A stretch of DNA of 64,000 bases from an uncultured Chthonomonadaceae bacterium (GCA_963835065.1 CAWIEK010000054.1:32001-96000), one strand, 5' to 3'; positions 23,739 through 36,798 are shown, counted from the first letter of the stretch. Notes: a model not told the origin generated them from the sequence alone. Numbers and translations: made by a program.

Positions 23739-24032
23739 ATGGATGAGGCGACCTATAAACAGTGGTGTCCGTTGCACTGGCGAAGCGCGTTAGGGGAACC
23801 GTTAAGCGCGGAAGAACAGGCGCGTTATGAGGCGGGATTGCGGCAGTTGGAAGCGGAGGAAAATATCGGATTCGACATGGCGGGGTTACAACAAGTTCGT
23901 GAGCAAATCCGGCAAACGGAGGCGGAACGGCAGCAGTTGGAAGCACGGCGTCAGGAGTTGGAAGCCCGTATCGCGCGACTGGAAGCCGCGATGAGTGAGC
24001 GCGACAAGCAGGCTCTCGGAATTGGACGTTAG
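23739..24032 (+). CDS. small coiled-coil protein (paralog A)
   Basis: GAGGAG RBS; N-terminal ~40 aa nearly identical to the 24625 ORF. Confidence 0.8.
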   Translation: MDEATYKQWCPLHWRSALGEPLSAEEQARYEAGLRQLEAEENIGFDMAGLQQVREQIRQTEAERQQLEARRQELEARIARLEAAMSERDKQALGIGR

Positions 24033-24034
24033 GC

Positions 24035-24568
24035 GTGGCGCACCCGAAACATGAACAGGTGCGCCGACGTTACGCCTTTTGCTGCGGCTATTGTGGCGTG
24101 TCGGAGGAAAGCGCGGGCGGCGAACTAACGATTGACCATTATCAGCCGGTTTCTGCCGGTGGCGATAACAGCGACGACAATCTGGTGTACGCCTGCTGGC
24201 GCTGCAACCTCTACAAAAGCGACAATTTTCCTTCTGCTGCCGGTATTGCCATTGGACACCGTCTGCTGCATCCGCTATTGGATGATGTCAGCGCCCACAT
24301 ACTGGCGAACGAAATCACCGGCTATCTGGAACCCCGCACGGAAACAGGGCATTTTCACATTCTCACGCTACACCTGAACCGTCCGGCCTTGATAATCCAC
24401 CGTCAACGCTACTGGCTGCGTTCCCTGTCCGATGACGTGCTGCGAATGAATGTGGAAGATGTTCAAAGGCTGCGCAGTCTGCTTGCCGATGCTGAAGCGC
24501 GTTTGCTTCTCATCGAGACAGGTGTAAACATTGCTGCGGACTCGAACAGGCCAGACAGTGAAGAGTAA
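24035..24568 (+). CDS. HNH endonuclease
   Basis: CGYCG, IDHYQP...GG....NLVYACWRCN..K motifs. Confidence 0.92.
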   Translation: MAHPKHEQVRRRYAFCCGYCGVSEESAGGELTIDHYQPVSAGGDNSDDNLVYACWRCNLYKSDNFPSAAGIAIGHRLLHPLLDDVSAHILANEITGYLEPRTETGHFHILTLHLNRPALIIHRQRYWLRSLSDDVLRMNVEDVQRLRSLLADAEARLLLIETGVNIAADSNRPDSEE

Positions 24569-24624
24569 CCTGAGCGGCGTAGCGAATGTAACAGCGTAAG
24601 AATGTCACAAAGGAGGCAGGCATA

Positions 24625-24900
24625 ATGGAGGAGTCAGCATATAAACAATGGTGGCCGTTGCATCGGCGAACGGCAGTGGGCGAGCCACTGAGCGCGGAAG
24701 AACAGGCGCGTTATGAGGCAGGATTGTGCCAATTAGAAGCGGAAGAACCGCCCATCCAAAGTAGCATTGATGAATTGCGGCAGGCGCGGCAACAAATGTT
24801 AGCGGCGCAAGCAGAGTACCATCAGTTACAACGGCAATACGAAGCCATGCAAGCCGAAATAACAACCTTGGAAGCGCATCTTGATGAACCTACAAAGTAG
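24625..24900 (+). CDS. small coiled-coil protein (paralog B)
   Basis: YKQWWPLH.R.A.GEPLSAEEQARYEAGL.QLEAEE; AAGGAGG RBS. Confidence 0.78.
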   Translation: MEESAYKQWWPLHRRTAVGEPLSAEEQARYEAGLCQLEAEEPPIQSSIDELRQARQQMLAAQAEYHQLQRQYEAMQAEITTLEAHLDEPTK

Positions 24901-25007
24901 TTGTTAAAAGTCGGAAAGTAAGCAGGTAAATAGGCATGTGTCAGAGAATTAAGCCATATCTACTCTGAGGTTCTTGCCACAACACTGTCGCGGAGGTTGA
25001 TACAACA

Positions 25008-28000
25008 ATGATTAGTAAAGAGGCATCTTTTATACGACAAGGCTTTGACCATCTTGGTGAACTAAACGCTAAATTGCGTGATCTCCGGGGTTTTGATACT
25101 CTCGCAAATGAACTTCTTCAAAATGCTGATGATGCCAAGGCTACGCAAGTTGTATTCGATGTTCGTGACAACTTTCTTATGGTTGAAAACAATTCTGTTT
25201 TTCAGGATTGTGGCGACATAACTCAGGATGAATGTTCATGGGTGTTTGATCCTGCTATCAAGCATCGGTGTGACTTCCATCGTTTCATAAATATGGCAGG
25301 CGGAGACAAACGAAACCAAGAGGGAACAACCGGAGCCTTCGGTTTTGGCTTTGTATCTGTTTATCAGCTTACGAACCATCCTGAACTGATTTCGGGAACT
25401 CGCCATTGGCAGATGCACCCGGAGGATACAGAAGACAAACGCATCCATATACAGGAGATGTCAGAACCCTTCAATGGAACGCGGTTCATTTTCCCATGGG
25501 CAACCGATCCAGAATGTACATTACGCAGACGCTTGGGTTCTCCTGCTATCCGCCCGGAACAAATTGAAGATTTTGCTGCAAAAGTGTCTGTAAGTATTCC
25601 GCAATCTATCCTTTTTCTGCATCATATCAAGCGTGTTGAGATCAGAAGAAACGGCGTACTTATCAAAGTTGTTGAGCGGACGCGAGAAGGTAATACTACA
25701 ACAATCTTTGATGGAAAACAAGCGACTATCTGGCATGTTTTTGAGGGGAACTTCGATTCTCAAGCCGCTTTTTTAAGAAACTTACATAACGGCTACATTG
25801 AGGATAAAAGACAATCGAAGGTCTTGATTGCTATTTGTCATGATGCTGCAAATGTGCAAGGATTGTACTATGCTACATTGCCGACACAGCATCAAACTAA
25901 CCTGCCAGTTCATGTAAATGCCGACTTCTACCCCGAATCTAGCCGGAAGAACCTTGCGTTTGGCGTAGGGTACGAAGGTGATTGGAACATGGCTGCTATT
26001 GCTGCCGCTGCCGAAGCGCTTGCCAACGCCTTACCCGAACTTTGCAACCTTCTTGGCTATCAGAGCGTTTGGCGGTTGATTAAGCAGGTGGAGCAAGCGC
26101 ATCGTAACGCTCAAGGGCAAATCAAGCAGACTGCAACGAAGTATTGGGAGGTTTTGAAACCTGTTGTGAGTCGCTCGGCCATTGTCTATACATCAACAGG
26201 AGAGTGGCGCACACCCGATAAAGCGCATTTGCTTGACAAACGGGAAATAGAGCAACCATGCTTGCCAATATTGGAACAACTGAATTTACCAATTGTTCAC
26301 CCGGAACTGAATACCTACCACTCTATTTTGACGTCGGTTGAAGTTAACGTTCTTAATGCCTTTGATCTTAGCGAGGCTCTTACGAACTACGGGCTTGATG
26401 AACCTGTTAGTGCTGATGAGGCTCCGCATTGGCTGCGTGACCCGGAGCAGCATGAGTTGCTTGCTGCGGAAGTTGCTATTTTGTTGGGGCGGGTCAACCA
26501 AAGTTCCTCGCTTGCCAAGCAGAAAATGAGCGACTGCGCCATTGCCAAATCCACAAACGGCAGGTTCTGTCCTCCCTCTGTTCTGTGGAACGCTTCGTTG
26601 GAAGTTGTGAGCGCGTTTGAACCTTTAGGAATGACTGCGAAATTTGCCGCGTTTGACAATCCAGTGGGAATTAAGAAGTTAGTCAGGGACTTTGATGTTG
26701 CAGCCCTCTTAACGCTTTTGGAACAGGTATCTCCAGACACCTTCGCGCATCTGTGGACACAAGACGCAACACAGATATTAGACTTAATTGGCCTATGCGC
26801 CGCCTACAAAGCTACCTTTCGTCAGGATACACAGGCACGGGAAAGACTACGCAAACTAAAAATATGGCCCGCGGGCGACAGATTACATTCGCTGCACCTA
26901 CTTGATGTTCCCGGCAACTTTGTTGATCCGTTCGGGCTTGCCACACTCGTTGATGAGCGAGTTGTCTCGGAGTACCACAAATTCTTGACAGAGGATTTGA
27001 AGGCGCAAGAGCTTACTATTCAACACTATGCGGGCAAAAAGATTCCAGAGTGGTGTAACTCAGGCACTCAGATCAACGCGGCCGATTGCCAGCGCCTGCT
27101 CACTGAACTTGCAAAACACATAAACACCCTGCAAAATGAGACGCAAGTAAAAAGCGCCCTAGCAACCTGTGCGCTGATTCCCTGTCAAGACAACACTCTT
27201 CGTGCCGCGAAAGCTGTCTATTTCGCCTCGGAAGAAGTATCAAAGCTTTTAGGTCAGAACGCGCCTGTTGCAGTGATTCCCGATGAAAGCAAACTCAGTG
27301 TTGAACCTTTTCTAAAATGGCTCGGTGTTGCCACACTTCCACGTCCTGCCGATGTTATGGCGCGAATCAGTACGATAAGCCAACAGCCCTCGGCAGTGGC
27401 TGCAAACCGCGAATCGATGCAGAAGATTTTCTACAGATTGGGCAAATACTGGGATAAGTATAGCCCTGAGCAGCATAAAGAGTTTGAAGCGCTACGTACA
27501 CATAAATGGCTGCCTGTTGAAGACAGATATGATCGCTGGTTTGCGCCTTCCGAAGTGCATACACTAATCCAAAAGCATCTTTTCGCGACAACCGGACTGT
27601 TTTTGGATGTTCCTTACAATGAGCAGAATGAAGTTTCAGCATTAAGGCAGTTCTTGCCAATCGAAACAAGACCGTCCTGCGAACTTGTTGTCAGGCATCT
27701 TCAGAATTTTGCGAATGAAGACAAAGAGGTTCATAGAGCCGTTTATGCCTTCTTAAATGAAGCTGCTCAGAATGGCAACCCGGCAGTACAACGTCTTAAA
27801 GGGCAACGCTGCCTTTCATTAGGAGGCAAGGGATACGTTCAGCCTGATCAAGTTTTTTGGAAGCAACACAAATTCCATCCCTATCTGCTCTCACTGAGCA
27901 GTGACTTTGAAGCCTATCGTGACTTGCTGAAAGTTCTTCAAGTACGTGAAGAACCACAGGCGGCAGACGCTATTGACTTGCTTCGTACGATAGCGGATAC

Positions 28001-29749
28001 CAACGACAATAAGCGTCTCGATGACGCCAAGCATGCCACTATTATGGAGAGTTGGGCGCTGATTAGTGACGCGCTGCAACAAGGATTGATAACCTCCGGG
28101 GCATTAGAGCCGTTACGCGCATGTAAGGTAGTTCCGAATCAGGAGGGATACCTTCAACTACCACGATGGATGTTCTTTGAAGATAAGCCTAACCTTGCAG
28201 AGCGTTTTGGCGATTTTTTGAAGGATAACGTCATATCTCGAACGCCATCCACGGGGCTGGGAATGGAACTTGCAGGGGTACTCCCCTGAAGTTGAGCCGT
28301 TGAAATCAATTTGGTAGAATGTACCGACCCCATACCTGCAGAGGATTTACAGCAGGTTTTACAGGAACGTCAACACCTGATTGAGCGCGTAATCTACCCG
28401 GAACGAACTGAAGATCGACGTTGGAACACTGACGCGCTGGATCTGTTGAAACTCCAATGGTGTTCATGGCTTGAAGTTGGCTATACCCTGAAAGCGTTCA
28501 ACCGAGCAACTCCGGGAGACACAGAAGCGGTTGATACTTTTTATGATTTTGCTGACAATACCTTGTATATCCAACGCAGCAGCGAGGTACCGTGGCTTGA
28601 GATTTCCAGTGGGCTGGCTTATGTGATGAACCGAGACGCCAAAGAAGGCACGGTTGCAGCAACTCTTGCCTATGCATTAAGTGCGCAGTCGTTCCAAAAA
28701 GGCAGTCAGGCACTTGATAAGTTAAAAGTACCGCCGCTTCAAGCAGATGAAGAATATGAAGCCGCTTTGTCTATTCCTGCCAGTATGGGCGGTATTGATA
28801 CTTCGGAAACAGACGGCTTTGAAGTCAACACCGATATTGAAGATGGGCCGATAGATGACGCCGTTGATGAGGAAAAGCAAGAGCAACAAACCAACAAATC
28901 TGATGAAGTGCGTGTCGCCTTCAATAGTGAAAGTAAACATCAACAGGCACAACACCCCATAAGGGAAGTGGCAGATTCAACTCACTCATCTTCTACAGAA
29001 GCTAATGATTCGATGAGCGACAGACCTTTACCTACAGAGGCGTCTGATAAGCCTGCTAACACCAGCAAGGCGAATGACAAGGGCATGAATAGCAAGGAAC
29101 AACGGACGTTCCAAATATGCCTGCCAACACTTCCAAAAATGTGCAGGCGGACACACCGCATAACATACAACATGAACCACGTTCGCCTGAGAACACAGCA
29201 AAACGCTCAATTTCAGAAGCCGAATCACAGCACAATAAGGCACAGCATACCCCTTCACGCTCTGCGCCAGATCACAACTCGGAAAGTCGCGCCGATTACG
29301 CGGGACGAATGCGTTCTTACGTCTTTTCGACATCAACAACTAAGGCGGATGAAGAGACGCGCCGACGCAATACGGAGCCGATTGACAAAGCAGGGATGGG
29401 GCGTGTTCTTGCCGCCGAGCAACAGGCAGGGCGTATACCCGAAGCCATGCCGCACAATAACCCTGGCTACGACATTTACTCGCTTGACGCAACAGGTGAA
29501 AACGAGCGTTATATCGAAGTGAAGTCGCTTTCCAGCAATTGGCAGGTAAAGGGAGTTCTGGTTTCCGCAACGCAGTTCACGATGGCGCAACGTTTGGGGC
29601 AAAAGTTCTGGCTATACGTTGTTGAACGGGCAGATCAGGATGATTTTTGTATTACACGCATCCAAAATCCCGCGCAACGTGTCAATGAATTTATGTTTGA
29701 TGATGGCTGGCGGGCTTGCATGGAAGGAGAAGATGTAGGAGAAGATTAA
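25008..29749 (+). pseudogene. sacsin-like GHKL ATPase ... DUF3883 (NOV C-terminal) nuclease, interrupted
   Basis: ELLQNADDA, GAFGFGFVSVY and LPVHVNADF at the N-terminus; NNPGYDIYS...YIEVKS at the C-terminus; two in-frame TGA at 28287 and 28293 and a frameshift near 29100. Confidence 0.8.
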
Positions 29750-29997
29750 CACATCACATGACGATATTGTGGACAGTTGCACTCTGCTACCAGACGTTTG
29801 TAGTGGAGCAGGGCGCGGCGTACTTCGGGCGTGAGTTCACCCGGCGGCTGGGACAAGGTACGGAGAAACACTTCGCCTTCTTCCTGCGTCAGGATGCGCC
29901 GGCTTTGCGCCATTGCTTCGGGATCGGTATACGCGCCGCCCTCGCACTCTTCTTCTGCCGATGTTTCTTCCAATTCGCGCTTAATAGTCGCTGCCAT
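29746..29997 (-). CDS. DUF1778/TacA-like orphan antitoxin-like protein
   Basis: ILTQEEGEVFLRTLSQPPGELTPEVRRAL resembles the DUF1778 C-terminus. Confidence 0.5.
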   Translation of the reverse strand: MAATIKRELEETSAEEECEGGAYTDPEAMAQSRRILTQEEGEVFLRTLSQPPGELTPEVRRALLHYKRLVAECNCPQYRHVMC

Positions 29998-30068
29998 TGT
30001 GTTTCGCCTCCTCTGCACAGTATAACACGGCACATGGCAAAGTTTCAACAAGTGAGCAATGCGCCGCC

Positions 30069-30109
30069 AAAACAAAAACACCCCTTCTCCTAATGTTGGA
30101 AGAAGGGGT
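30069..30109 (-). terminator. recA intrinsic terminator
   Basis: ACCCCTTCT/AGAAGGGGT stem followed by TTTTTGTTTT on the minus strand. Confidence 0.8.
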
Positions 30110-30150
30110 ATGTCTACGAGTGGACGCCCGGTGAGGGGATTTAGAAAACC

Positions 30151-31213
30151 TTAAATCTCGTCTTCGTCCTCTTCCTCGACTTCGGCCAGATTGACGATGG
30201 GGATTTCCGCGCCCTTGTTGCGGATGCGGCCTTCGATCTCGTCCATCAGCGGCTCATTGTCTTCCAGGAAGGTGCGCGCGTTTTCCCGTCCCTGCCCAAG
30301 CCGAATGTCGTTGAACGAGAAGTACGCGCCCGCTTTGTGGATGATGCCCATGTCCACGCCCATGTCCAGCATACTGCCCGAACGGCTGATGCCCTTGCCG
30401 AACATGATGTCGAACTCGGCCTGCCGGAAGGGGGGCGCGACCTTGTTCTTGACGATCTTCACCTTGACCCGCGCTCCGACCGCATCGGTTCCGTTCTTGA
30501 CGGTTTCCGTGCGGCGCACTTCCATGCGGACGCTGGCGTAATACTTCAAGGCCATGCCGCCGCTCGTGGTTTCCGGGTTGCCGAACATCACGCCGATCTT
30601 CTGGCGCAACTGGTTGATGAAAATGGCCGCCGTGTTCGTGCGGTTGATGCTGCCCGCCACTTTGCGCAGGGCTTGCGACATCAGGCGCGCGTGAACGCCC
30701 ATGTGCGAGTCGCCCATGTCGCCTTCCAGTTCCGATTTCGGGAACGAGGGCGGCAACGGAGTCCAGCACCACGATGTCAATGGCGCTTGACCGGATCAGC
30801 GCGTCCATGATGTCCAGCGCTTCCTCGCCCGTTGTCGGCTGCGAGATGAACAGGTTGTCAATGTCCACGCCCAGGTTCTTGGCGTATTCCGGGTCAATGG
30901 CGTGTTCCACGTCCACATACGCGCACACGCCGCCCTTTTTCTGCGCCTGCGCGATGGTCTGGAGCGCAATCGTGGTTTTACCCGACGACTCCGTGCCGTA
31001 AATTTCCGTGATGCGTCCGCGCGGAATGCCGCCCACGCCCAATGCCATGTCGAGGGCGATGGAGCCGGTGGAAATGGAGTCCACCTGCAGGCGCATGGAC
31101 TGTCCCAGGCGCACCACGCTGCCTTTGCCGAACTGCTTCTCAATGCCGGAGAGCGCCATGTCGAGCGCTTTGGTTTTTTTGGCGTCTAACTTGCCGATTT
31201 CTTCGATTGCCAC
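30151..31213 (-). CDS. recA: recombinase RecA (apparent 1-nt frameshift near 30740)
   Basis: [34 protein letters not shown] and KNKVAPPF motifs. Confidence 0.97.
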
Positions 31214-31355
31214 GTGGAGTGGTCCTTTCTGGCTTCGCCGAAGTTCTGACGAAGCGGGTCACGTGAGGACGCAGCGGCGTTCCACCTGCCGCCGCCCCCG
31301 CGCTGCCCGTACATGACTACAGCGAGGGAACGACGCACAAGCTGCCTGCGGCAGA

Positions 31356-31472
31356 GGTATCAGGTATCAGGTATCAGGTTTCAGGAAATGCTTCTTCTTA
31401 CATGGAATTATTGTCCCTGTAAAGTAAAGGAGTAGCACAACCTGACACCTGACACCTGACACCTGACACCTG
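31356..31472. repeat. inverted (GGTATCA)n / (CCTGACA)n heptamer pair upstream of recA
   Basis: Arrays at 31356-31385 and 31440-31472. Confidence 0.85.
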
Positions 31473-31531
31473 CGCCCGGGAACACGGGTGGCCTCCGGTT
31501 TAGCGCACAGGGTCAAACATAGAAAATCTGT

Positions 31532-32134
31532 CTACCTATTATACTCGCTGCGCGTTCCAAACGCAAATGATTTTACAAGGGTGTGTACCGCGCCGTCAGG
31601 ACGGAGTTCCGACTGCATCAGCGCGCACTCCTGCGCCGAAAACGCGCCCAATGCGCTGCGAAATTCCGGTTCGCTTTGCAGCATGGGCAGGTTTTTGGCG
31701 ACCATTTCGCTGCCTTCCCGCGTTTTCATGCGCGCAAGGGTGATATGCGGGATGTAAGGCTTGGTTTCCGCCGCAAATCCCTGTTTGGCGAGTTCTACAT
31801 TGATATACTGCGCGGTCTGCTGCATAACCGGAACGCCCGCCGTCGCGCCGACCCATAAAACTTGCGGATTGCGCTGTTTGGGAAACGCGCCGATGTGCCC
31901 AACGTCGAGTGTCCATTCCACCGAACGCGCCGATGCCCGCTCCACGCCCGCAATGACAGCCGCCAATTCGCTATCTTCCACATCGCCCAAAAACTTCAAT
32001 GTGAAATGAAACTGTTCGGGCGCAGTCCAGCGAACGCCTTCCGTGCCAATCACGTCGCGCAGCCGCGTTTGAACCTGCTTCATCGCGTCGCGTATCTCGT
32101 CCGGCAGCAGTATCGCCACAAAAAGCCGTTTCAT
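31532..32134 (-). CDS. thpR: RNA 2',3'-cyclic phosphodiesterase
   Basis: RLFVAI, HFTLKFLG and PHITLAR (2H motifs); upstream of recA. Confidence 0.93.
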   Translation of the reverse strand: MKRLFVAILLPDEIRDAMKQVQTRLRDVIGTEGVRWTAPEQFHFTLKFLGDVEDSELAAVIAGVERASARSVEWTLDVGHIGAFPKQRNPQVLWVGATAGVPVMQQTAQYINVELAKQGFAAETKPYIPHITLARMKTREGSEMVAKNLPMLQSEPEFRSALGAFSAQECALMQSELRPDGAVHTLVKSFAFGTRSEYNR

Positions 32135-32135
32135 C

Positions 32136-32627
32136 TCAGTCGTCTTGTGCCGCCGCGTTCGCGTGAAGCGCTGGTTCGTGGGCGCGGTAATACTGAAACA
32201 CCTGATCTACGCTGAACGTGTCCGGGTCTTTGGGAATAAACAGGACGGGTTCCAGCGGGTCGTAGTCAAGCGGGCCTTCCATCATGACCACGTTTTCGCT
32301 GAACACTTTGTACCGCTTTTCCAGTTCGCCCAGGGCGGAAAAAATAACGGCGTAAATGGCAGCCGTCAGCGTTTCCTGATTGGCGCGCTCACCCGTCAGC
32401 GTCTCCACCGAGATGGCGGCAAGTACGCCCACCAGGTTCAGCGCCTCCTCACCCTTGCGCTCATTGGTACGCACCACATTCAGCAGCACCGAATCCGGCA
32501 GCAATTCCAGCGCCATTTCCCACTGCGAATCTTCCGGCAGTTCCTGCACCTGCAGCAGGGCATCCCGCATTTGATCTGCCGCTTCTAAATCAGCCGCCGA
32601 AATGTTCGGCTTCGGATAACGTCTCAA
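32136..32627 (-). CDS. hypothetical protein
   Basis: 163-aa ORF with an AAGGAG RBS, abutting thpR. Confidence 0.7.
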   Translation of the reverse strand: MRRYPKPNISAADLEAADQMRDALLQVQELPEDSQWEMALELLPDSVLLNVVRTNERKGEEALNLVGVLAAISVETLTGERANQETLTAAIYAVIFSALGELEKRYKVFSENVVMMEGPLDYDPLEPVLFIPKDPDTFSVDQVFQYYRAHEPALHANAAAQDD

Positions 32628-32760
32628 AACAGGCTCCTTGTCAGGGGTCAGGATTCAGGGGTCAGGGGTCAGGGACGTTGTGCCCAATTGCTCTCAATTT
32701 TCACAAGTGAAGTGCCAATACACGGGCGTATTTCCCTGACCCCTGAAATCCTGACCCCTC

Positions 32761-34128
<1,368 letters not shown>

Positions 34129-34898
34129 GGGTTCGCGTCCTCTGTGTTTGAAAATTGAAACGATTCGAACGTACTACGACGCAATCCCGCCATGGGGTTC
34201 AAAACTCCTGTGTATTCTTTAGCCGGTCGGCCCTTGACTGCCCACCGAGCCGCGAATGTAAGGTCAGGGACGCGGGCAAAGTCTTGGCTGCCGCGAACTA
34301 TACTACCGGCGTCTGAGAAAGCGGTAATGGGGTAAAATGAAGGTATGAATCGCCTACTCACCGTTCCCGACGAAGAACGCGCAGCGCTCACGCGCCGTTT
34401 CGTGGGTACACGCGCCGTTTGATGTTCTCTACTGCGAACGGAGGATGCGCGCCTTGCTGCGGCGTCTGGGCTACTCCCGCCAAAAAGCGCCTCTGGTACG
34501 CGCCTTAGACACAAAGCCCCTGTTGGAGTTGGTTCCCAATCCCTGCCAACACCTCTCCGTCAAAATGCTAACCATCGAATCCGTTTCCGTCTGCTGGAAC
34601 GCCAAAGTATGAGAATATGCTTTATATGCTAAAACGCGCTCCAATATGTTTGGAGGTGGTCGTCATCTTCCGCCTTACTGAATACCGTCAGACAGCCGCT
34701 GAAAACTCTCTTGCACGATTTGTCGAATTCCGGTTCGGCGGTTTCCGGTTCCGACGTTGGATTCGATAGTGAAGGAGAAGTCATCCTGAGTTTGGCGGCG
34801 CTTTAGCACACGAAAAACGTTTGCTGAACGGGTGACTTTTGACTTCGGGCGCACCGACGGCTCCGGCTTCGGGTAGCTCATCAAGAAGGAGAGATGAC

Positions 34899-35384
34899 AT
34901 GGTAAAGCCAGCAAAGAACACGATCTGTCTGTGGTACGATGGAGACGCCGAGGACGCGGCGCGATTTTACGCCGAGACCTTTCCCGACTCAGCCGTCCGC
35001 GCGGTGCACCGCGCCCCGGGGGACTTTCCTTCGGGGAAGCAAGGGGATGTGTTGACGGTCGAGTTCACCGTGATAGGGATTCCTTGCCTCGGACTCAATG
35101 GCGGACCTGCGTTCAAACACAGCGAAGCCTTCTCGTTTCAGGTCGCCACCGCGGATCAGGCGGAAACGGATCGTTACTGGAACGCCATCGTCAGCAATGG
35201 TGGCGAAGAGAGCGCGTGCGGTTGGTGCAAGGATAAGTGGGGATTGTCCTGGCAGATCACACCGGTCGCTCTGATCCAAGCGATAACCGATCCCGATCCT
35301 GCTGCCGCCAAACGCGCCTTCGAGGCGATGATGCAGATGCAAAAGATAGACATCGCTACCATCGAGGCGGCTCGTCGCGGTTGA
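34899..35384 (+). CDS. VOC/PhnB-like (3-demethylubiquinone-9 3-methyltransferase family) protein
   Basis: CLWYDGDAE.AA.FY, LNGGP and CGWCKDKWGLSWQI motifs. Confidence 0.93.
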   Translation: MVKPAKNTICLWYDGDAEDAARFYAETFPDSAVRAVHRAPGDFPSGKQGDVLTVEFTVIGIPCLGLNGGPAFKHSEAFSFQVATADQAETDRYWNAIVSNGGEESACGWCKDKWGLSWQITPVALIQAITDPDPAAAKRAFEAMMQMQKIDIATIEAARRG

Positions 35385-35461
35385 GCGTGCCTCCCATAAG
35401 CGCAAGGGGAACAGGGTAGGTGACCGCGCATACACTCGGACCTGAGCCTACGGGCAATTCT

Positions 35462-35507
35462 GAACATCGGTTCAAAGGGAGCAAGCTGCTCCGTTGAACC
35501 GATGTTC
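35462..35507. other. long intergenic hairpin
   Basis: GAACATCGGTTCAA..GGAGCA / TGCTCC..TTGAACCGATGTTC. Confidence 0.7.
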
Positions 35508-35548
35508 CTCTTCCAGAAACCCTACCATAGAACTATGAGAAAAGAACT

Positions 35549-36151
35549 ATGAGAAAAATAATCGTCCTATCATTCATTACCTTAGACGGAGTCATGCAAG
35601 CGCCGGGCGGACCTGAAGAAGATACGTCAAGTGGCTTCAAGTACGGTGGGTGGGTTGCGCCGTATTTTGCCGAAGCGGACGAAGCGGCCGGTGAGCTCAT
35701 GGCAAAACAGATGAAGTCCGCCGACCTTCTTTTAGGCAGGAAAACATTCGAGATTTTCGCTTCCTACTGGCCTGAACACGCAGACTATTGGCCGGGCATC
35801 AATGACGTCACGAAATATGTCATGAGCAGCACTATGGAAAAGTCCGATTGGAAGAACTCGGTTTTCCTCAAAAGCGTGGACGATATCAAAAACCTCAAGA
35901 ATTCAGAAGGTTCTGACATCCAGGTCCACGGCAGCAGCAACCTGGCCCAGACATTGTTCAGGCATGATCTGGTCGATGAGCTATGGCTTAAAACCTTCCC
36001 GGTCACGCTCGGTACGGGCAAGCGCTTGTTCGGTGAGGGCACGATGGCAGCAGCCTTTACGTTAACGGAGAGCCTGGTAACACCAGGCGGTGTGATCTTC
36101 GCCAACTACAAGCGAGTCGGAGAAGTCAAGACAGGTACTGTCGGAGTTTAA
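35549..36151 (+). CDS. dihydrofolate reductase family (RibD C-terminal) protein
   Basis: TLDGVMQAPGG, LLLGRKTF and PVTLGTGKRLF motifs. Confidence 0.93.
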   Translation: MRKIIVLSFITLDGVMQAPGGPEEDTSSGFKYGGWVAPYFAEADEAAGELMAKQMKSADLLLGRKTFEIFASYWPEHADYWPGINDVTKYVMSSTMEKSDWKNSVFLKSVDDIKNLKNSEGSDIQVHGSSNLAQTLFRHDLVDELWLKTFPVTLGTGKRLFGEGTMAAAFTLTESLVTPGGVIFANYKRVGEVKTGTVGV

Positions 36152-36312
36152 GGGGAACTCCCCACTCTTAGCAGGGAGGATGCTCTCGTTATTTCAGCAA
36201 TCCATACGCCTGTTAAGTTCGGATTGTCGCTACAGGCAGGGGACTTGAGTTCCGCTTCGGACATGCCCTTGCCATTATAGATAACGGCAACGCGCGACTT
36301 TGCCCATCAATG

Positions 36313-36765
36313 TTACTGATCTCGAACAGCAGCCAGGGCACGTCGAATTTGTCGGCGGGCGAGCGTCAGGTTTTTCCGCAGATTGTGTTCCCAAACACGC
36401 GCGGGGCGTATGCTCATGCCTTTAAGTTTGGCGTTGATTTCACGATCCCGCTTCTTGTTGCGGGCCGTTTTTGCCGCCCAATACTCTTTGTTGTTGATGG
36501 GCATGATGAAGTGACGAGGGCAGCGATGGAAGAAACAGCCGTCCGCAAAGACGGCTAAATGCAGTTCAGGCAGGTAGAAGTCAGGTTTTCCGGGCAAAGC
36601 GGCAACTCGCTCTTCTATCGTTTGCTCCGGGAACATGGTACGAAGAAGGTTTCCTAATCGCAGTTCAGGCGTTGTACCTGAACTGCGGATGCGAGACATA
36701 TTGTAGCGGCGCTGTTCGGGGGTATGGCTGTCAGGCCGCGTCTTCGTCGCATAATGGCTTTCCAA
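36313..36765 (-). CDS. vsr: very-short-patch-repair endonuclease
   Basis: MSRIRSSGTTPE, LPGKPD, DGCFFH and VWEH motifs; start uncertain. Confidence 0.9.
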   Translation of the reverse strand: MESHYATKTRPDSHTPEQRRYNMSRIRSSGTTPELRLGNLLRTMFPEQTIEERVAALPGKPDFYLPELHLAVFADGCFFHRCPRHFIMPINNKEYWAAKTARNKKRDREINAKLKGMSIRPARVWEHNLRKNLTLARRQIRRALAAVRDQ

Positions 36766-36798
36766 CGTACGTAGCCGAGGGAAGGAGAAGTTTAGAGA

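Noticed and set aside
28287..28295. TGA recoding in the sacsin-like gene
   Set aside because: TGA is used as a normal stop elsewhere in the window, and the gene also has a downstream frameshift.
30735..30750. recA frameshift as true pseudogenisation or programmed frameshifting
   Set aside because: It is one extra C in a CCC run. Similar single-base homopolymer breaks occur near 42150 and 50957, so sequencing error is more likely.
31519..31535. Possible LexA box upstream of recA (AGAAAATCTGTCT)
   Set aside because: It deviates from GAAC-N4-GTTC, and the lineage's SOS box is unknown to me.
34297..34700. Decayed IS630-like remnant (RALLRRLGYSRQK, HLPPY fragments)
   Set aside because: The motifs are short and scattered over frames, and no ends could be defined.
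34800..36300. VOC and DHFR-like genes as integron cassettes
   Set aside because: No convincing attC (RYYYAAC...GTTRRRY) pairs and no integron integrase.
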